Source: Bacillota bacterium
Lineage (GTDB): Bacteria > Bacillota > Sulfobacillia > JAUYEG01
Assembly: GCA_040766985.1 (NCBI GenBank)
Contig: JAXGPL010000014.1
Span: 8,239 to 72,238, forward strand
Length of the DNA: 64,000 nt
Reading direction: 5' to 3'
Shown: piece by piece, positions 28,541 through 37,729 of the stretch
How positions within the stretch are numbered: the first letter of the stretch is position 1
Layout: each line of letters begins with the position of its first letter
The notes under the pieces: model-generated
What the model saw: the letters and a program-made list of their open reading frames with translations, nothing else
Databases searched by the model: none
What the model was told of the DNA's origin: nothing
Translations under genes and position numbers: made by a program

Positions 28541-28549
28541 TGGTATAAT
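28541..28549 (+). promoter_or_regulatory. Candidate extended -10 promoter for secDF
   Basis: TGgTATAAT at 28541-28549, about 40 nt upstream of the secD start. Only a weak -35-like TGCGAC lies 17-18 nt upstream. Confidence 0.45.
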
Positions 28550-28587
28550 CAACCCTTAGGGGTAAACAGGGACAAGGATGGTGTCGC

Positions 28588-30129
28588 ATGGCGTTTTTCG
28601 AACCTCGATATTTGTGGCCGGCGGTGCTGGCGCTGGCCTTTTTAGCGGGCACATTGGCAACGGCGCGCATGTCCGACCCGCGCCGCAGCCGCATCAGGCT
28701 GGCCGTGGCGATCATTGTCATCGGTGGCCTGGGCTATTACGCCGTCGCCGTCAACCCGGTGTTCGCGCATATCAACCAGGGCCTGGACCTCAAGGGCGGC
28801 GTACATGTCGTACTCGAGGCTCAGGACTTGCCGGACGCGCCTGTCACCGAGGAGGCCATGGTCACCGTCCAGGCGATTCTCGCCGCCCGCGTCAACGGGC
28901 TCGGCGTGGCTGAGCCGCGCGTCGAGCGGGAAGGCGCGAGGCGGATCGTCGTCGAGTTACCTGGCATCGCCGACCCGGATCAGGCCATGGCGGACATCGG
29001 CCGTACGGCGTATCTGGAGTTTGCCGAGTGGTTCGACCTGTACCTGGTGTCGGCCGGCGACCGACCGGACGATGTGCGCGCGGTGCTCGCCGAAAAGCTG
29101 TCCCTCTCCGCGTCGCGCATCAGCCAGATCCTCGCCGGGCTCGCCGAGGAACCGCAATTGCTGGCCCAGAGGCTCGAACTTGACGAGCTGATCGACATCG
29201 CGGACCCCCTGGACAAGGCGGGGGCCGTGATTCTTGAGGAGCCCAAGACCGTGCTGACCGGCAAAGACCTCAAGGTCGGAAGCGCGCGGGCGGTCTTCGA
29301 CCATAACGACCGCCCGGCCGTGTCACTGACGTTTGCCGGGGAGGCCGCCGACACGTTCGCCGAATTGACCTCGCGTCGGCTGCAGATGCCGATCTACATC
29401 TTGCTCGACAGGCAGCTGGTCCAAGCGCCCACAGTGACCGAGCCGATCACAACCGGCCAGGCCCAGATCTCGGGATACGCCGATTTCGACTCCGCCTTCC
29501 GCATCGCCGTTGTGCTCAACTCCGGCGCGCTCCCGGTTAAGCTCGTGCCGCTTGCCCCGCAAGTCGTCAGCGCTTCGCTGGGTGCCGACTCGATCGCCCG
29601 CAGCAAGGTCGCCGGGACGGTTGCGATCTGCGCCGTGGTTGCCTTTATGTTCCTGTTCTACCGTGCCGCCGGGTTGCTGGCCGACATCGCGCTCGGCGTA
29701 TACATGCTGCTCGTGCTCGGCGCCCTCGCGGCTATCAACGCGACCCTGACTCTGCCAGGCGTGGCGGGCCTTCTCCTGTCTGTGGGCATGGCGGTCGACG
29801 CCAACGTAATCACGTTTGAGCGGGTGCGGGAGGAACTCAAGCTCGGCAGGACCATCCGCTCTGCCATCGAGAGCGGGTACTCGCGGGCTTTCGGCACTAT
29901 CATCGACTCCAACCTGACAACCCTGCTTGCGGGCGGTGTCCTGTTCTACCTCGGGACGGGGCCGGTCCGCGGTTTCGCCGTCACGCTGATCGTCGGCATC
30001 GTGATGAGCCTGATCACGGCGGTGTACGTATCCCGCTATCTGTTGCGCCTCGCGGCAAGGGGCGGCTGGCTGAGTGACCCGCGGCTGTTCTTCGGCGCGG
30101 GCCCCTCAGGGGGTGATGCCAATGCGTAG
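28588..30129 (+). CDS. secD: Protein translocase subunit SecD
   Basis: 513 aa. It has LDLKGGVHVVLEA and the periplasmic P1 domain. The C-terminal 6-TM bundle reads FMFLFYR...AGLLLSVGMAVDANVITFERVREE...DSNLTTLLAG. Confidence 0.9.
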   Translation: MAFFEPRYLWPAVLALAFLAGTLATARMSDPRRSRIRLAVAIIVIGGLGYYAVAVNPVFAHINQGLDLKGGVHVVLEAQDLPDAPVTEEAMVTVQAILAARVNGLGVAEPRVEREGARRIVVELPGIADPDQAMADIGRTAYLEFAEWFDLYLVSAGDRPDDVRAVLAEKLSLSASRISQILAGLAEEPQLLAQRLELDELIDIADPLDKAGAVILEEPKTVLTGKDLKVGSARAVFDHNDRPAVSLTFAGEAADTFAELTSRRLQMPIYILLDRQLVQAPTVTEPITTGQAQISGYADFDSAFRIAVVLNSGALPVKLVPLAPQVVSASLGADSIARSKVAGTVAICAVVAFMFLFYRAAGLLADIALGVYMLLVLGALAAINATLTLPGVAGLLLSVGMAVDANVITFERVREELKLGRTIRSAIESGYSRAFGTIIDSNLTTLLAGGVLFYLGTGPVRGFAVTLIVGIVMSLITAVYVSRYLLRLAARGGWLSDPRLFFGAGPSGGDANA

Positions 30130-31195
30130 GCTCCAGGCGTTCGACTTCTTCGGTTCGCGGCGCATATGGTTTGCCGTCTCGGTGGCCGCCATTCTGGCCG
30201 GGATGGTCACCCTCGCGTTGCCTGGTTTCGGCCTGCAGTTGGGCATCGATTTCGTCGGCGGCTCGTTGCTCGAGGCACGCTTTGAGCGCACTGACGTCAC
30301 CACGTCCGAGGTGCGCGAGGCCTCCGGCGCCGCTGGGCTTGGGCGAACCGATTATCCAGAAGGCCTCCGACGACCCCCAACGCTTCCTGGTGCGCAACGC
30401 GCCTTTGACGAAACCCAACGCTCCGCCGTCGAGGATACCCTGCGCGACAAAATCGGCGAATTCGAACTCATCCAGTTCGAGGGCATCGCCGGCGTAATCG
30501 GCGCCGAGCTTACGCGCAAGGCCTTCCTGGCCGTCGCCGTTGCCGCAGCCCTGATGCTGCTCTACATCACGGTCCGGTTCGAGTTCCGGTTCGGAGTCGC
30601 CGCAGTCATCGCCCTCCTGCACGACGTGGCGTTGACCGTCGGCATATTCTCCCTGCTGCGCCGCGAAGTCAACAGCAGCTTCGTCGCGGCGATCCTGACC
30701 GTTGTCGGTTACTCGATCAACGATACGATCGTCGTCTTTGACCGCATCCGCGAAACCTCCGGGCCGGCCCACGGCCCCGGCGACTTCGGTCCGCTGGTCA
30801 ACCGCAGCATTTCGGAGACGCTACGCCGTACCATCAACACCTCCGTGACGACTTTGCTGGCCATCGGCGCGGTGTACGTTTTCGGCGGACGCACCACCCG
30901 CGACTTCGCCCTCGCGCTGATCATCGGCGTCACTACCGGCACGTACTCATCGGTCTTCATTGCCACCTCGATCTGGGCGATGTGGCGCGAGCGCTCCGAA
31001 GCGGCGCACACCCACGGGGCTTCAGGTAACGCGGCGACCTCGGCCGCCGACAGGGCAGCAGGCGAGCCCGTTGCCGCCGCCGTTGCGAATCAGACCACGG
31101 GAGCAGGCAAAGCGTCCACGGCAGGCGGCGGCGGTGCAAGGACCGCAGCGTCACGGCAATCGGGGCAAGGCAAGCGCAAACGGCGCCGGCGGTAG
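30122..31195 (+). CDS. secF: Protein translocase subunit SecF, with a long low-complexity basic C-terminal tail
   Basis: ATG 30122 overlaps the end of secD. FDFFGSRRIWFAVS, GIDFVGG, LLHDVALTVGIFSL, GYSINDTIVVFDRIRE and TSVTTLLA are present. Residues encoded at about 30335-30405 read sensibly only in another frame (LGEPIIQKASDDPQRFLVRNAPL). This implies a compensating indel pair. The tail ends GQGKRKRRRR. Confidence 0.85.
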   Translation: MRRLQAFDFFGSRRIWFAVSVAAILAGMVTLALPGFGLQLGIDFVGGSLLEARFERTDVTTSEVREASGAAGLGRTDYPEGLRRPPTLPGAQRAFDETQRSAVEDTLRDKIGEFELIQFEGIAGVIGAELTRKAFLAVAVAAALMLLYITVRFEFRFGVAAVIALLHDVALTVGIFSLLRREVNSSFVAAILTVVGYSINDTIVVFDRIRETSGPAHGPGDFGPLVNRSISETLRRTINTSVTTLLAIGAVYVFGGRTTRDFALALIIGVTTGTYSSVFIATSIWAMWRERSEAAHTHGASGNAATSAADRAAGEPVAAAVANQTTGAGKASTAGGGGARTAASRQSGQGKRKRRRR

Positions 31196-31526
31196 AAGGC
31201 AGGGCGGCCGGCAGGCTGCGGCTGCAGCGCACCGCCCGATTGCGCCGGCCGGTTCCGGTGGCGCTGTACGACGTCCAGATCAAACCGGGTGTAACGCGCA
31301 AACAGCCCTGAGTTCGACGACCGCGCATTTGCTCCACGGGCGGCGAACTGGGGGCTGCGACCTCAACTTTCGTCTTCCAAGCGCCCGCCCCAAACCCGCT
31401 CTCCCAAACGCTTCGCCCAAGACGCCGCCCCCACGGCGCAGCCCCGCCAAAACCTATACCTAGCTGCGCGTTTGAGCATGCAGGCACATCTGGTCGCGCA
31501 GACTAGGAGGAGTTCAGAGGTGGAGG

Positions 31527-33257
31527 TTGACGATGCGCTCCTATTCGACCCTGGTCCGACATCCTGGTAATCAAACCCTGTTCGAGGCCGTCGAGTTATC
31601 CCTCGTTGCGGCACTTGCCGGTTGGCCGCTGCACCTGCACGCCGAAGGTCTCCGCGGCACAGGAAAGACCACCATCATCCGTTCGGCGCGCGAGATCATC
31701 CCCAAGATCACCCGCATCCAAGGCTGCAGCTACAACTGTGACCCCGCCAGGCCTCACTGCCCCCAGCACCGGGGGCTGACCGGGGAGCAGGTCAGGGCGC
31801 TCGGCACCGAGGAAATCCCGATGCCCTTCCTTGAGATTTCCCATTCCGCAAAGGTCGGGACCGTTGCCGGCAGTATCGACCTGGCCCGTCTGACGGACCG
31901 CTCCGGGCCGGAAACCGCCCTCCTGCCCGGCGTCCTGGCCCGCGCTCACCGCGGGATCGTGTTCATTGACGAAATCAACCGGCTCGCCGACACGTCGCCG
32001 GAAATCACCGACCTCCTGCTCGACGCCATGGGAACGCGTCCGGGCCGGCTGCAAATCGAGGAAACCGGCCTGCCAACCGTCGAGCTGCCCGTACAGGTGA
32101 CCGTCTGGGCCGCGAGCAACCCCGACGAGGATCCCGGTGCGCTGGAAGACGTCCGGCGCCAACTGGCGGACCGCTTTGACCTCAACGTCAGCATGGGCCG
32201 GGTCAGCAGCCGTGACGTCCTGCTGGAGATCCTCGGCGAGGCGGATCCCGAGGGCAGAGCCTCCGTCCCCCTCGCCGCCCCACACGCGGGCGCCGAAGCC
32301 AGCGCCGCACCCGGCCTGCAAGGCGGCAAGGGCCGCACACGATGCCGCTTCGCCAGCGTACTCAAGGCAAGGGCTTCGGCGGCGGCCAGCGTCGCCTTCC
32401 CGGCAGCGGTGCGCCGAGCGATCGCCGACCTCTACCTGGAATGCGGGCTTGAGAGCCTTCGCACCGTCGAGGCCGTGCAACTGGCCGCGCGCGTGGCGTG
32501 CGCACGCGGCGGGCGGGAGGAGGTTTCTCTTGACGACCTTCGCCGGATAGTCCCCCTCGTGGCGGGCCGTCGCGCTGATCCGGAGGCGATTCAGCGCTTC
32601 CTTGCCAGGGCTGCCCAGGTCGAGCCACGGCCGGCCGCGGGCTCGTGGGCCGCGCATCCCGCCGACCCGGCCGGCCGCGGCCCCGGGGGCGGGGCTCTGG
32701 CACTGACGCAGGCGCAGGGCCCCACTGGAGCAGGCAGGGAGGCCCAACCTGAAGGGCGGGCCCAGGCCCAGGGTCAAACGCACGCTCAGGCCCATGGCCG
32801 GCCCTACCCCGAGGCGCAGGGCGGGGAGGGGCTCAGGAGCGATGGCGGGCAAACCCGCGACGCGGCGCGCTATCAACCTTGGGCGGCGGGGGATGTGGTG
32901 GACTGCAGCCCGGCGGCGCATGGGCCGGAGGCAGCCGGCCGTTCGCAGGGCGGGCGCATTCCCGAGATGCCCGCAGGTGGAGCCAATCAGCACCGCGGCC
33001 GCCGGCCCGGGTTCCTGTCGCGTCTTTTCAGCCCGTTTCTACCCGGCGACGGCTTGACGTCTCCTTCCTGGCCCGTTCCTGGCCAGAGCGCCGCCAACTG
33101 GCCGAGCGGAGCGCCGCCTTCGGGGGACCAGCCGCCCTGGCCCGTCCAGGCGCCCCCGGAGAGGGCTCGGCAACTCCAGCAGTTGTCACCGCAGGATCTG
33201 GTACGGGTTCCGGACGGGGAGGCCCCCGCGCGGGGCGTTGAGGTCCGGTTTCGATGA
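31527..33257 (+). CDS. AAA+ ATPase, Mg-chelatase ChlI/BchI-like, with a ~200-aa Pro/Gly/Ala-rich tail
   Basis: Walker A is in EGLRGTGKTTIIRS. A ChlI-type Cys insert reads IQGCSYNCDPARPHCPQH. Walker B is GIVFIDEINRL, followed by WAASNPDE and ADRFDL. After about residue 340 the sequence is low-complexity. The start is TTG 31527 or ATG 31533, with GGAGGAG and GGTGGAGG motifs upstream. Confidence 0.7.
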   Translation: MTMRSYSTLVRHPGNQTLFEAVELSLVAALAGWPLHLHAEGLRGTGKTTIIRSAREIIPKITRIQGCSYNCDPARPHCPQHRGLTGEQVRALGTEEIPMPFLEISHSAKVGTVAGSIDLARLTDRSGPETALLPGVLARAHRGIVFIDEINRLADTSPEITDLLLDAMGTRPGRLQIEETGLPTVELPVQVTVWAASNPDEDPGALEDVRRQLADRFDLNVSMGRVSSRDVLLEILGEADPEGRASVPLAAPHAGAEASAAPGLQGGKGRTRCRFASVLKARASAAASVAFPAAVRRAIADLYLECGLESLRTVEAVQLAARVACARGGREEVSLDDLRRIVPLVAGRRADPEAIQRFLARAAQVEPRPAAGSWAAHPADPAGRGPGGGALALTQAQGPTGAGREAQPEGRAQAQGQTHAQAHGRPYPEAQGGEGLRSDGGQTRDAARYQPWAAGDVVDCSPAAHGPEAAGRSQGGRIPEMPAGGANQHRGRRPGFLSRLFSPFLPGDGLTSPSWPVPGQSAANWPSGAPPSGDQPPWPVQAPPERARQLQQLSPQDLVRVPDGEAPARGVEVRFR

Positions 33258-34042
33258 AGCCGCTTGACTTGCTCCGTCCGTCTGCAGATACCGACAACAG
33301 ACAGCTTGCCCGGCACGCCCTGCACTTCGAAGGTGCGGCCAGGGTCCTCGCCGCGCTGTTGGCGGACGGACACGGGGCCCTCATCGGCGATACGACATGC
33401 GTCAGCCGTTCGGTTCACACGCTTGACCCGTTCCGGCCGGGCTGCGTCCGGGTCGTGCAGTCGGCGGACGCGGGCCGGGTCTTCTACCATCGCCGGCGGA
33501 CGCGCGAAGTGGTGCACCTGGATGTATTTCACGCGGTCGGCACCGTGAGCCACCGAACCGTGGCCGGGGCGCTCCGTCAAGCTGCCCTGCGGTTTGCGCT
33601 TTGCAGAGGGGCCGGAGCGGTCTCGTGGGTGCCGGCCGGGGCGATCCTGCCCGATCTGATCGACGTGCAGACCGCAGCGGGCGGCGGAAGGGTCACGGGC
33701 GCCCTGAAGTACGGCCAGGGCGCCCAGCTCAAGGAATCGCACCAAAATCACGTCCATATCGCCTGTCTTCTGCCGGACGAGGGGTTCGAGCTGCTGTTTT
33801 GGTTGGTGGACGCCGCGGAGCGCGAAATCCTGCGGCAGGGGCTGGAGATCCGCCGCCTTGAGCATATCGAACACGACCCGGGCACGAGCGGCGCGCCGCT
33901 CGATATGTCCCCCTACGCCACGGCATCCGATTCTCTTCTCCGCGGCGACCCGGTCGCTGGGGAACCCGGCGCCGGGACCGCAAGCTCCGCGCCGGGCGTC
34001 GACCCGGCCACCTGCCGCCTGGCGCTTGACCTTGCCGGCTAG
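33254..34042 (+). CDS. Hypothetical protein (His-rich motifs; no family recognised)
   Basis: 262-aa ORF whose ATG overlaps the upstream stop (ATGA), implying translational coupling. Third-codon positions are strongly G/C-biased, as expected for a real frame. Motifs include VVHLDVFHAVG and ESHQNHVHIAC. Confidence 0.5.
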   Translation: MKPLDLLRPSADTDNRQLARHALHFEGAARVLAALLADGHGALIGDTTCVSRSVHTLDPFRPGCVRVVQSADAGRVFYHRRRTREVVHLDVFHAVGTVSHRTVAGALRQAALRFALCRGAGAVSWVPAGAILPDLIDVQTAAGGGRVTGALKYGQGAQLKESHQNHVHIACLLPDEGFELLFWLVDAAEREILRQGLEIRRLEHIEHDPGTSGAPLDMSPYATASDSLLRGDPVAGEPGAGTASSAPGVDPATCRLALDLAG

Positions 34043-34051
34043 TTCGGGACG

Positions 34052-35143
34052 ATGGAGGACTTGTCGCGCGCGATGCGGTCGGTTGCCTCTGGCGCTCCGG
34101 CTCCGGAATGGACTGCCCGGTCTGCACCCTGGTCGACCGACACCGCGGCTTCCGTCCTGCAAAAACATGGGCTGCTTGCCGAGCGGTACGGCACCTCCTG
34201 TCTGACGGATGAGGGGTGGCGGCTGTTCTTTGCTCTTGAGGCGAGCCGCCGCGAGTTGGAGGCGCAGTTCAAGCGGATGCTCAAACGCGGGCGCTGGCGG
34301 GGCCCGCGCCCCCAACCGAACGCCACCTCGCGCCTTGACCACGCCGGGCGGCCGACCCATTCGCGGACGGCCAAGGAAGCATGCCCCCTCAGCCCAGGTG
34401 AACGCGTGCCCCAGTTGGCCGTCGTCTCTACCGTCATCAGCGCCGCGGTGCGTAGCCTGGCAGGCTCCGGCGGTTCGCACGCCGTCCCGGCGACCGCGCC
34501 GCCCGTCCCGGCGACCGCGCCGCCCGCTCATGCAGCCGCACCCTCCGCCCTGACGATCGTGCCGGGCGATCTGCGCAAACCGCTTCCGCGCCCCAGACGA
34601 CGGGCCGACGTCTGCCTCGTGCTCGATGCAAGCGCGAGCATGGCGGGCAGGCGCCTCCGCGCAGCCAAGTACCTCGCGCAGCACCTCCTGCTGGCCAGTC
34701 GCGACCGGGTCGCGGTCGTGGTCTTCCAGGAGCGGCAGGCGCAGGTAGTAGTGCCGTTTACGCGGGATTTCCGGGCAGCGGAGCGCGGGCTGGCCTCAAT
34801 CGAGCCCCTTGGCCTGACTCCTCTGGCCGAGGGCCTGGTAACCGCCTGCGAATACGTGCGGCGGCGGCGCCGGAACGATTGCTGCCTCCTGCTGATAACC
34901 GACGGGATCCCAACGGTGCCCAAGTGGGGCCAGCACCCGATGGATGACGCGCGGCAGGCGGCGACCGAACTCACGAGACACCGTTTACGGCTGATCTGCC
35001 TTGGGCTTGAACCCAACCGCGGGTTCCTCACTGAGTTGGCCGCCATGGCCAAGGGCTCGCTGTACGTCGTCGAGGAACTCGAACCCGATTCCCTGGTCCG
35101 GGCGGTCGACGACCGGGGCCTGCTCGACGGTTGCCGCCGGTGA
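34052..35143 (+). CDS. von Willebrand factor A (vWA) domain protein with a putative N-terminal winged-helix segment
   Basis: 363 aa starting 10 nt after the preceding stop. The vWA MIDAS is in DVCLVLDASASMAG, followed by LTPLAEGL and CLLLITDGIPT. The N-terminal segment ASVLQKHGLLAERYGTSCLTDEGWRLF looks wHTH-like. An internal 21-bp duplication encodes VPATAPP twice (about 34484-34525). Confidence 0.7.
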   Translation: MEDLSRAMRSVASGAPAPEWTARSAPWSTDTAASVLQKHGLLAERYGTSCLTDEGWRLFFALEASRRELEAQFKRMLKRGRWRGPRPQPNATSRLDHAGRPTHSRTAKEACPLSPGERVPQLAVVSTVISAAVRSLAGSGGSHAVPATAPPVPATAPPAHAAAPSALTIVPGDLRKPLPRPRRRADVCLVLDASASMAGRRLRAAKYLAQHLLLASRDRVAVVVFQERQAQVVVPFTRDFRAAERGLASIEPLGLTPLAEGLVTACEYVRRRRRNDCCLLLITDGIPTVPKWGQHPMDDARQAATELTRHRLRLICLGLEPNRGFLTELAAMAKGSLYVVEELEPDSLVRAVDDRGLLDGCRR

Positions 35144-35246
35144 GCTCCGCCGCGGGGCGGACAAGCCCTAAGAGGGATGCCTGAACCGGTGACAGAATTA
35201 ATGGCGTAGTCTACCCGCGGGCCGGGCATTCGGGAGCCGGGGTCTC

Positions 35247-35879
35247 ATGCGGGCAGGGGGCTTTGGGGCTGTGGTTTATCTCTTCCTCGCGCTGTTCTTT
35301 GCATTGGCCGTCGCGGCTTTCGCAATACAGAATTCGCACCTCATAATCCTCCAGTTTCTGGGGTGGGATCTGACCACCTCGCTTGCGCTGGTCCTGATCG
35401 GTGCGACCATCGCCGGCGCGCTGATCGTCGGCCTTCTGGCATTCTTCCGGCAGGTGGGCATGGGGCTCAAACTGATGGACGAGCGGAGCCGGGCCCACAA
35501 GACGTCTCAGGAGCTTGAGCAGCTCCGGCTGGCATCGAGCGAGTTGCGGCGCGAGTTGGACCAGGCACGGGAGCAAAACCGCAGACTGACCGAGCGCATC
35601 GCAGAACTCCAGACCGGCCCGGCCGAAGAACTGGGTCCGCCGGTCCGGCGTTCGCCCGGCGGCAGCGGTCCGGTGGTTGCCCAGGCCGTACCCACCGGGC
35701 CCGGGCCGGCCGTACCGCCCGTACCCGCGCCCACGCTGCCAACGTCGCCTACACCCGTGTCGCACGCGCCCGCGTCACCCACCCCCCCCGCGGGCGCCCC
35801 CGTACCCGATGATGACACGCAGGCTGCCCGCAAGACCCGGCCCCGCTCGGACGAGGCCGAGCCGCAAGGGGCCGACTAG
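35247..35879 (+). CDS. LapA-domain (DUF1049) membrane protein with a coiled-coil and a Pro-rich tail
   Basis: Two TM helices (FALAVAAFAIQNSHLIILQFLGWDL / LVLIGATIAGALIVGLLAF) are followed by a heptad-like segment (ELEQLRLASSELRRELDQAREQNRRLTERIAELQ). Confidence 0.6.
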   Translation: MRAGGFGAVVYLFLALFFALAVAAFAIQNSHLIILQFLGWDLTTSLALVLIGATIAGALIVGLLAFFRQVGMGLKLMDERSRAHKTSQELEQLRLASSELRRELDQAREQNRRLTERIAELQTGPAEELGPPVRRSPGGSGPVVAQAVPTGPGPAVPPVPAPTLPTSPTPVSHAPASPTPPAGAPVPDDDTQAARKTRPRSDEAEPQGAD

Positions 35880-35881
35880 GG

Positions 35882-37729
35882 TTGTCCGGTATCCAATGGC
35901 GGCTGGCGTCTCCGGCGCCGGCTGCGGAAGCCCGCCTGCGCCAGACGCTAGGACTCTCCCGTGTTCTCGCCCAAGTCCTAGCGGCGCGGGGATGGACCGA
36001 CCCCGGGGACGCCCGCGAGTTTCTGGCGCCGGCATTCCGCCTGGCCGCCGAACCTGTCCTCCCGGGCATTGAAGACGCCCTGAAGGTGATCAGGCAGGCC
36101 AAACGCAATCGCAAGACCGTCGCGGTGTACGGCGATTACGATGTGGACGGCGTGGCTGCGACGACAGTCCTCCGCGAGGCGTTATCGCAATACGGGTTCG
36201 GCCGGCGCCGGACGGCAGGCCGGGGCGGTGGGCAGATTAGGTTTCATATCCCGAGCCGGACGGTTGATGGGTACGGTCTCAACGCAGACGCGGTGAAGTC
36301 CCTCGCGCAGGACGGCGTCGAAGTCCTGGTCACCGTCGACTGCGGGGTCAGCGCCAACCGCGAGATCGAGCTCGCCCGTTCGTTCGGGATGCAGGTCGTC
36401 GTCACCGACCATCACCAGCCGCCGCCGGTGCTGCCGCCGGCGGAAGCGATTGTCAACCCGTGGTTGGCGCCGCATTCCGGGCAGGGCCCGCGGGCGGCGG
36501 AGCCGTGCGGCGCGATGGTCGCGCTCCAGCTCGCGCAGGCCCTGCTGGGCGAGGTTAAGGAGGAGTGGCTTGACCTTGTGGCGCTCGCGACCGTCGCGGA
36601 CATCGTCCCCCTGGTCGGAGCCAATCGCGGGCTGGTCAGCACGCGGTTGCCGCTGCTCCGGGCGACGCGCAACCCCGGCCTCCAGGCGCTCATCGGCCGG
36701 TGCGGCCTCGGCGGACGCGAGCTTGATGCCCACCACCTGGCCTTCGCCCTCGCCCCGCGCATCAACGCGCTCGGCAGGGTGGGGCTCGGCCTCGGGGCAT
36801 CCGACGCCGTCCGTGCGTTTTCCACTGAGTTGCCGCTCGAGGCCGAGGAGTTGGCGGTGCGGATGGACGAGGCCAACCGGATGAGGCAGGAACTCGAAGC
36901 ACAGGTCGCGGCCGAAGCCCTTGCGGCGGTCGCGGCAGACGGGCCGGTCGCGACAGACGCGCAGGCCGGGCAGTTGCCCGCAGCCACCGTCGTGGCCGGG
37001 CGGGGATGGCATCCAGGCGTCCTTGGGATCGTGGCGTCGCGGTTGGCCTCCAGGTTCTGGCGCCCGGCAGCGGTGATCTCGATCGACGACGACGGTTCGG
37101 CACGGGGCTCGGCGCGGGCCGTCCCCGGCTACAATCTATACGAAGCTCTCCTGTGCTGCCGCAGCGAGCTTGACGAGTTCGGGGGACACTCCCAGGCCGC
37201 CGGATTCGGCCTCCGCCAGGAACGGATCGGCGACTTCCGGACCGCGCTCTGCAAGGCCGTTGAGGCGCAGGGCAGCCATAGCCGGTATGTTGATCTCGAA
37301 GCGGTTGTCTCGCTGGGCGAGGTCGACGATCGGCTCGTTGAGGACGTGCGCCGGATTGAGCCGTTCGGCCACTCCAATCCTGCGCCAGTTCTCGGCGCCT
37401 TGGGTTGCGAGGTCCTGTCCGCGCGGCGGGTCGGCAATGGTAAGCACCTCAAGCTCGCCTTGCGGCAGGCCGGTGTGGTCCGGGAGGCGATCGGCTTTGG
37501 AATGGGCGACACCGAGGCCCGCAGGGCAGGATCCGCCACGGCGGCACCATTTCAGCCCGGAGACAGGATCGACGCCGCCTTCACGCCGGAGCGGCACGAA
37601 TGGAATGGACGGAGCTACGTGCAGCTCAAGCTGACTGACGTGAGGCCCGCGACGCCGGTGGAGGCATCGATCTTGGGCGGCGGGAGACAACAGGATGCGG
37701 GAGACAACAGGATGGGATGTGAGCAGTGA
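35882..37729 (+). CDS. recJ: Single-stranded-DNA-specific exonuclease RecJ
   Basis: 615 aa with the DHH motifs VAVYGDYDVDGV, VTVDCG and VVVTDHH. The DHHA1 domain (GHSQAAG) and a C-terminal OB-like region are present. Confidence 0.9.
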   Translation: MSGIQWRLASPAPAAEARLRQTLGLSRVLAQVLAARGWTDPGDAREFLAPAFRLAAEPVLPGIEDALKVIRQAKRNRKTVAVYGDYDVDGVAATTVLREALSQYGFGRRRTAGRGGGQIRFHIPSRTVDGYGLNADAVKSLAQDGVEVLVTVDCGVSANREIELARSFGMQVVVTDHHQPPPVLPPAEAIVNPWLAPHSGQGPRAAEPCGAMVALQLAQALLGEVKEEWLDLVALATVADIVPLVGANRGLVSTRLPLLRATRNPGLQALIGRCGLGGRELDAHHLAFALAPRINALGRVGLGLGASDAVRAFSTELPLEAEELAVRMDEANRMRQELEAQVAAEALAAVAADGPVATDAQAGQLPAATVVAGRGWHPGVLGIVASRLASRFWRPAAVISIDDDGSARGSARAVPGYNLYEALLCCRSELDEFGGHSQAAGFGLRQERIGDFRTALCKAVEAQGSHSRYVDLEAVVSLGEVDDRLVEDVRRIEPFGHSNPAPVLGALGCEVLSARRVGNGKHLKLALRQAGVVREAIGFGMGDTEARRAGSATAAPFQPGDRIDAAFTPERHEWNGRSYVQLKLTDVRPATPVEASILGGGRQQDAGDNRMGCEQ

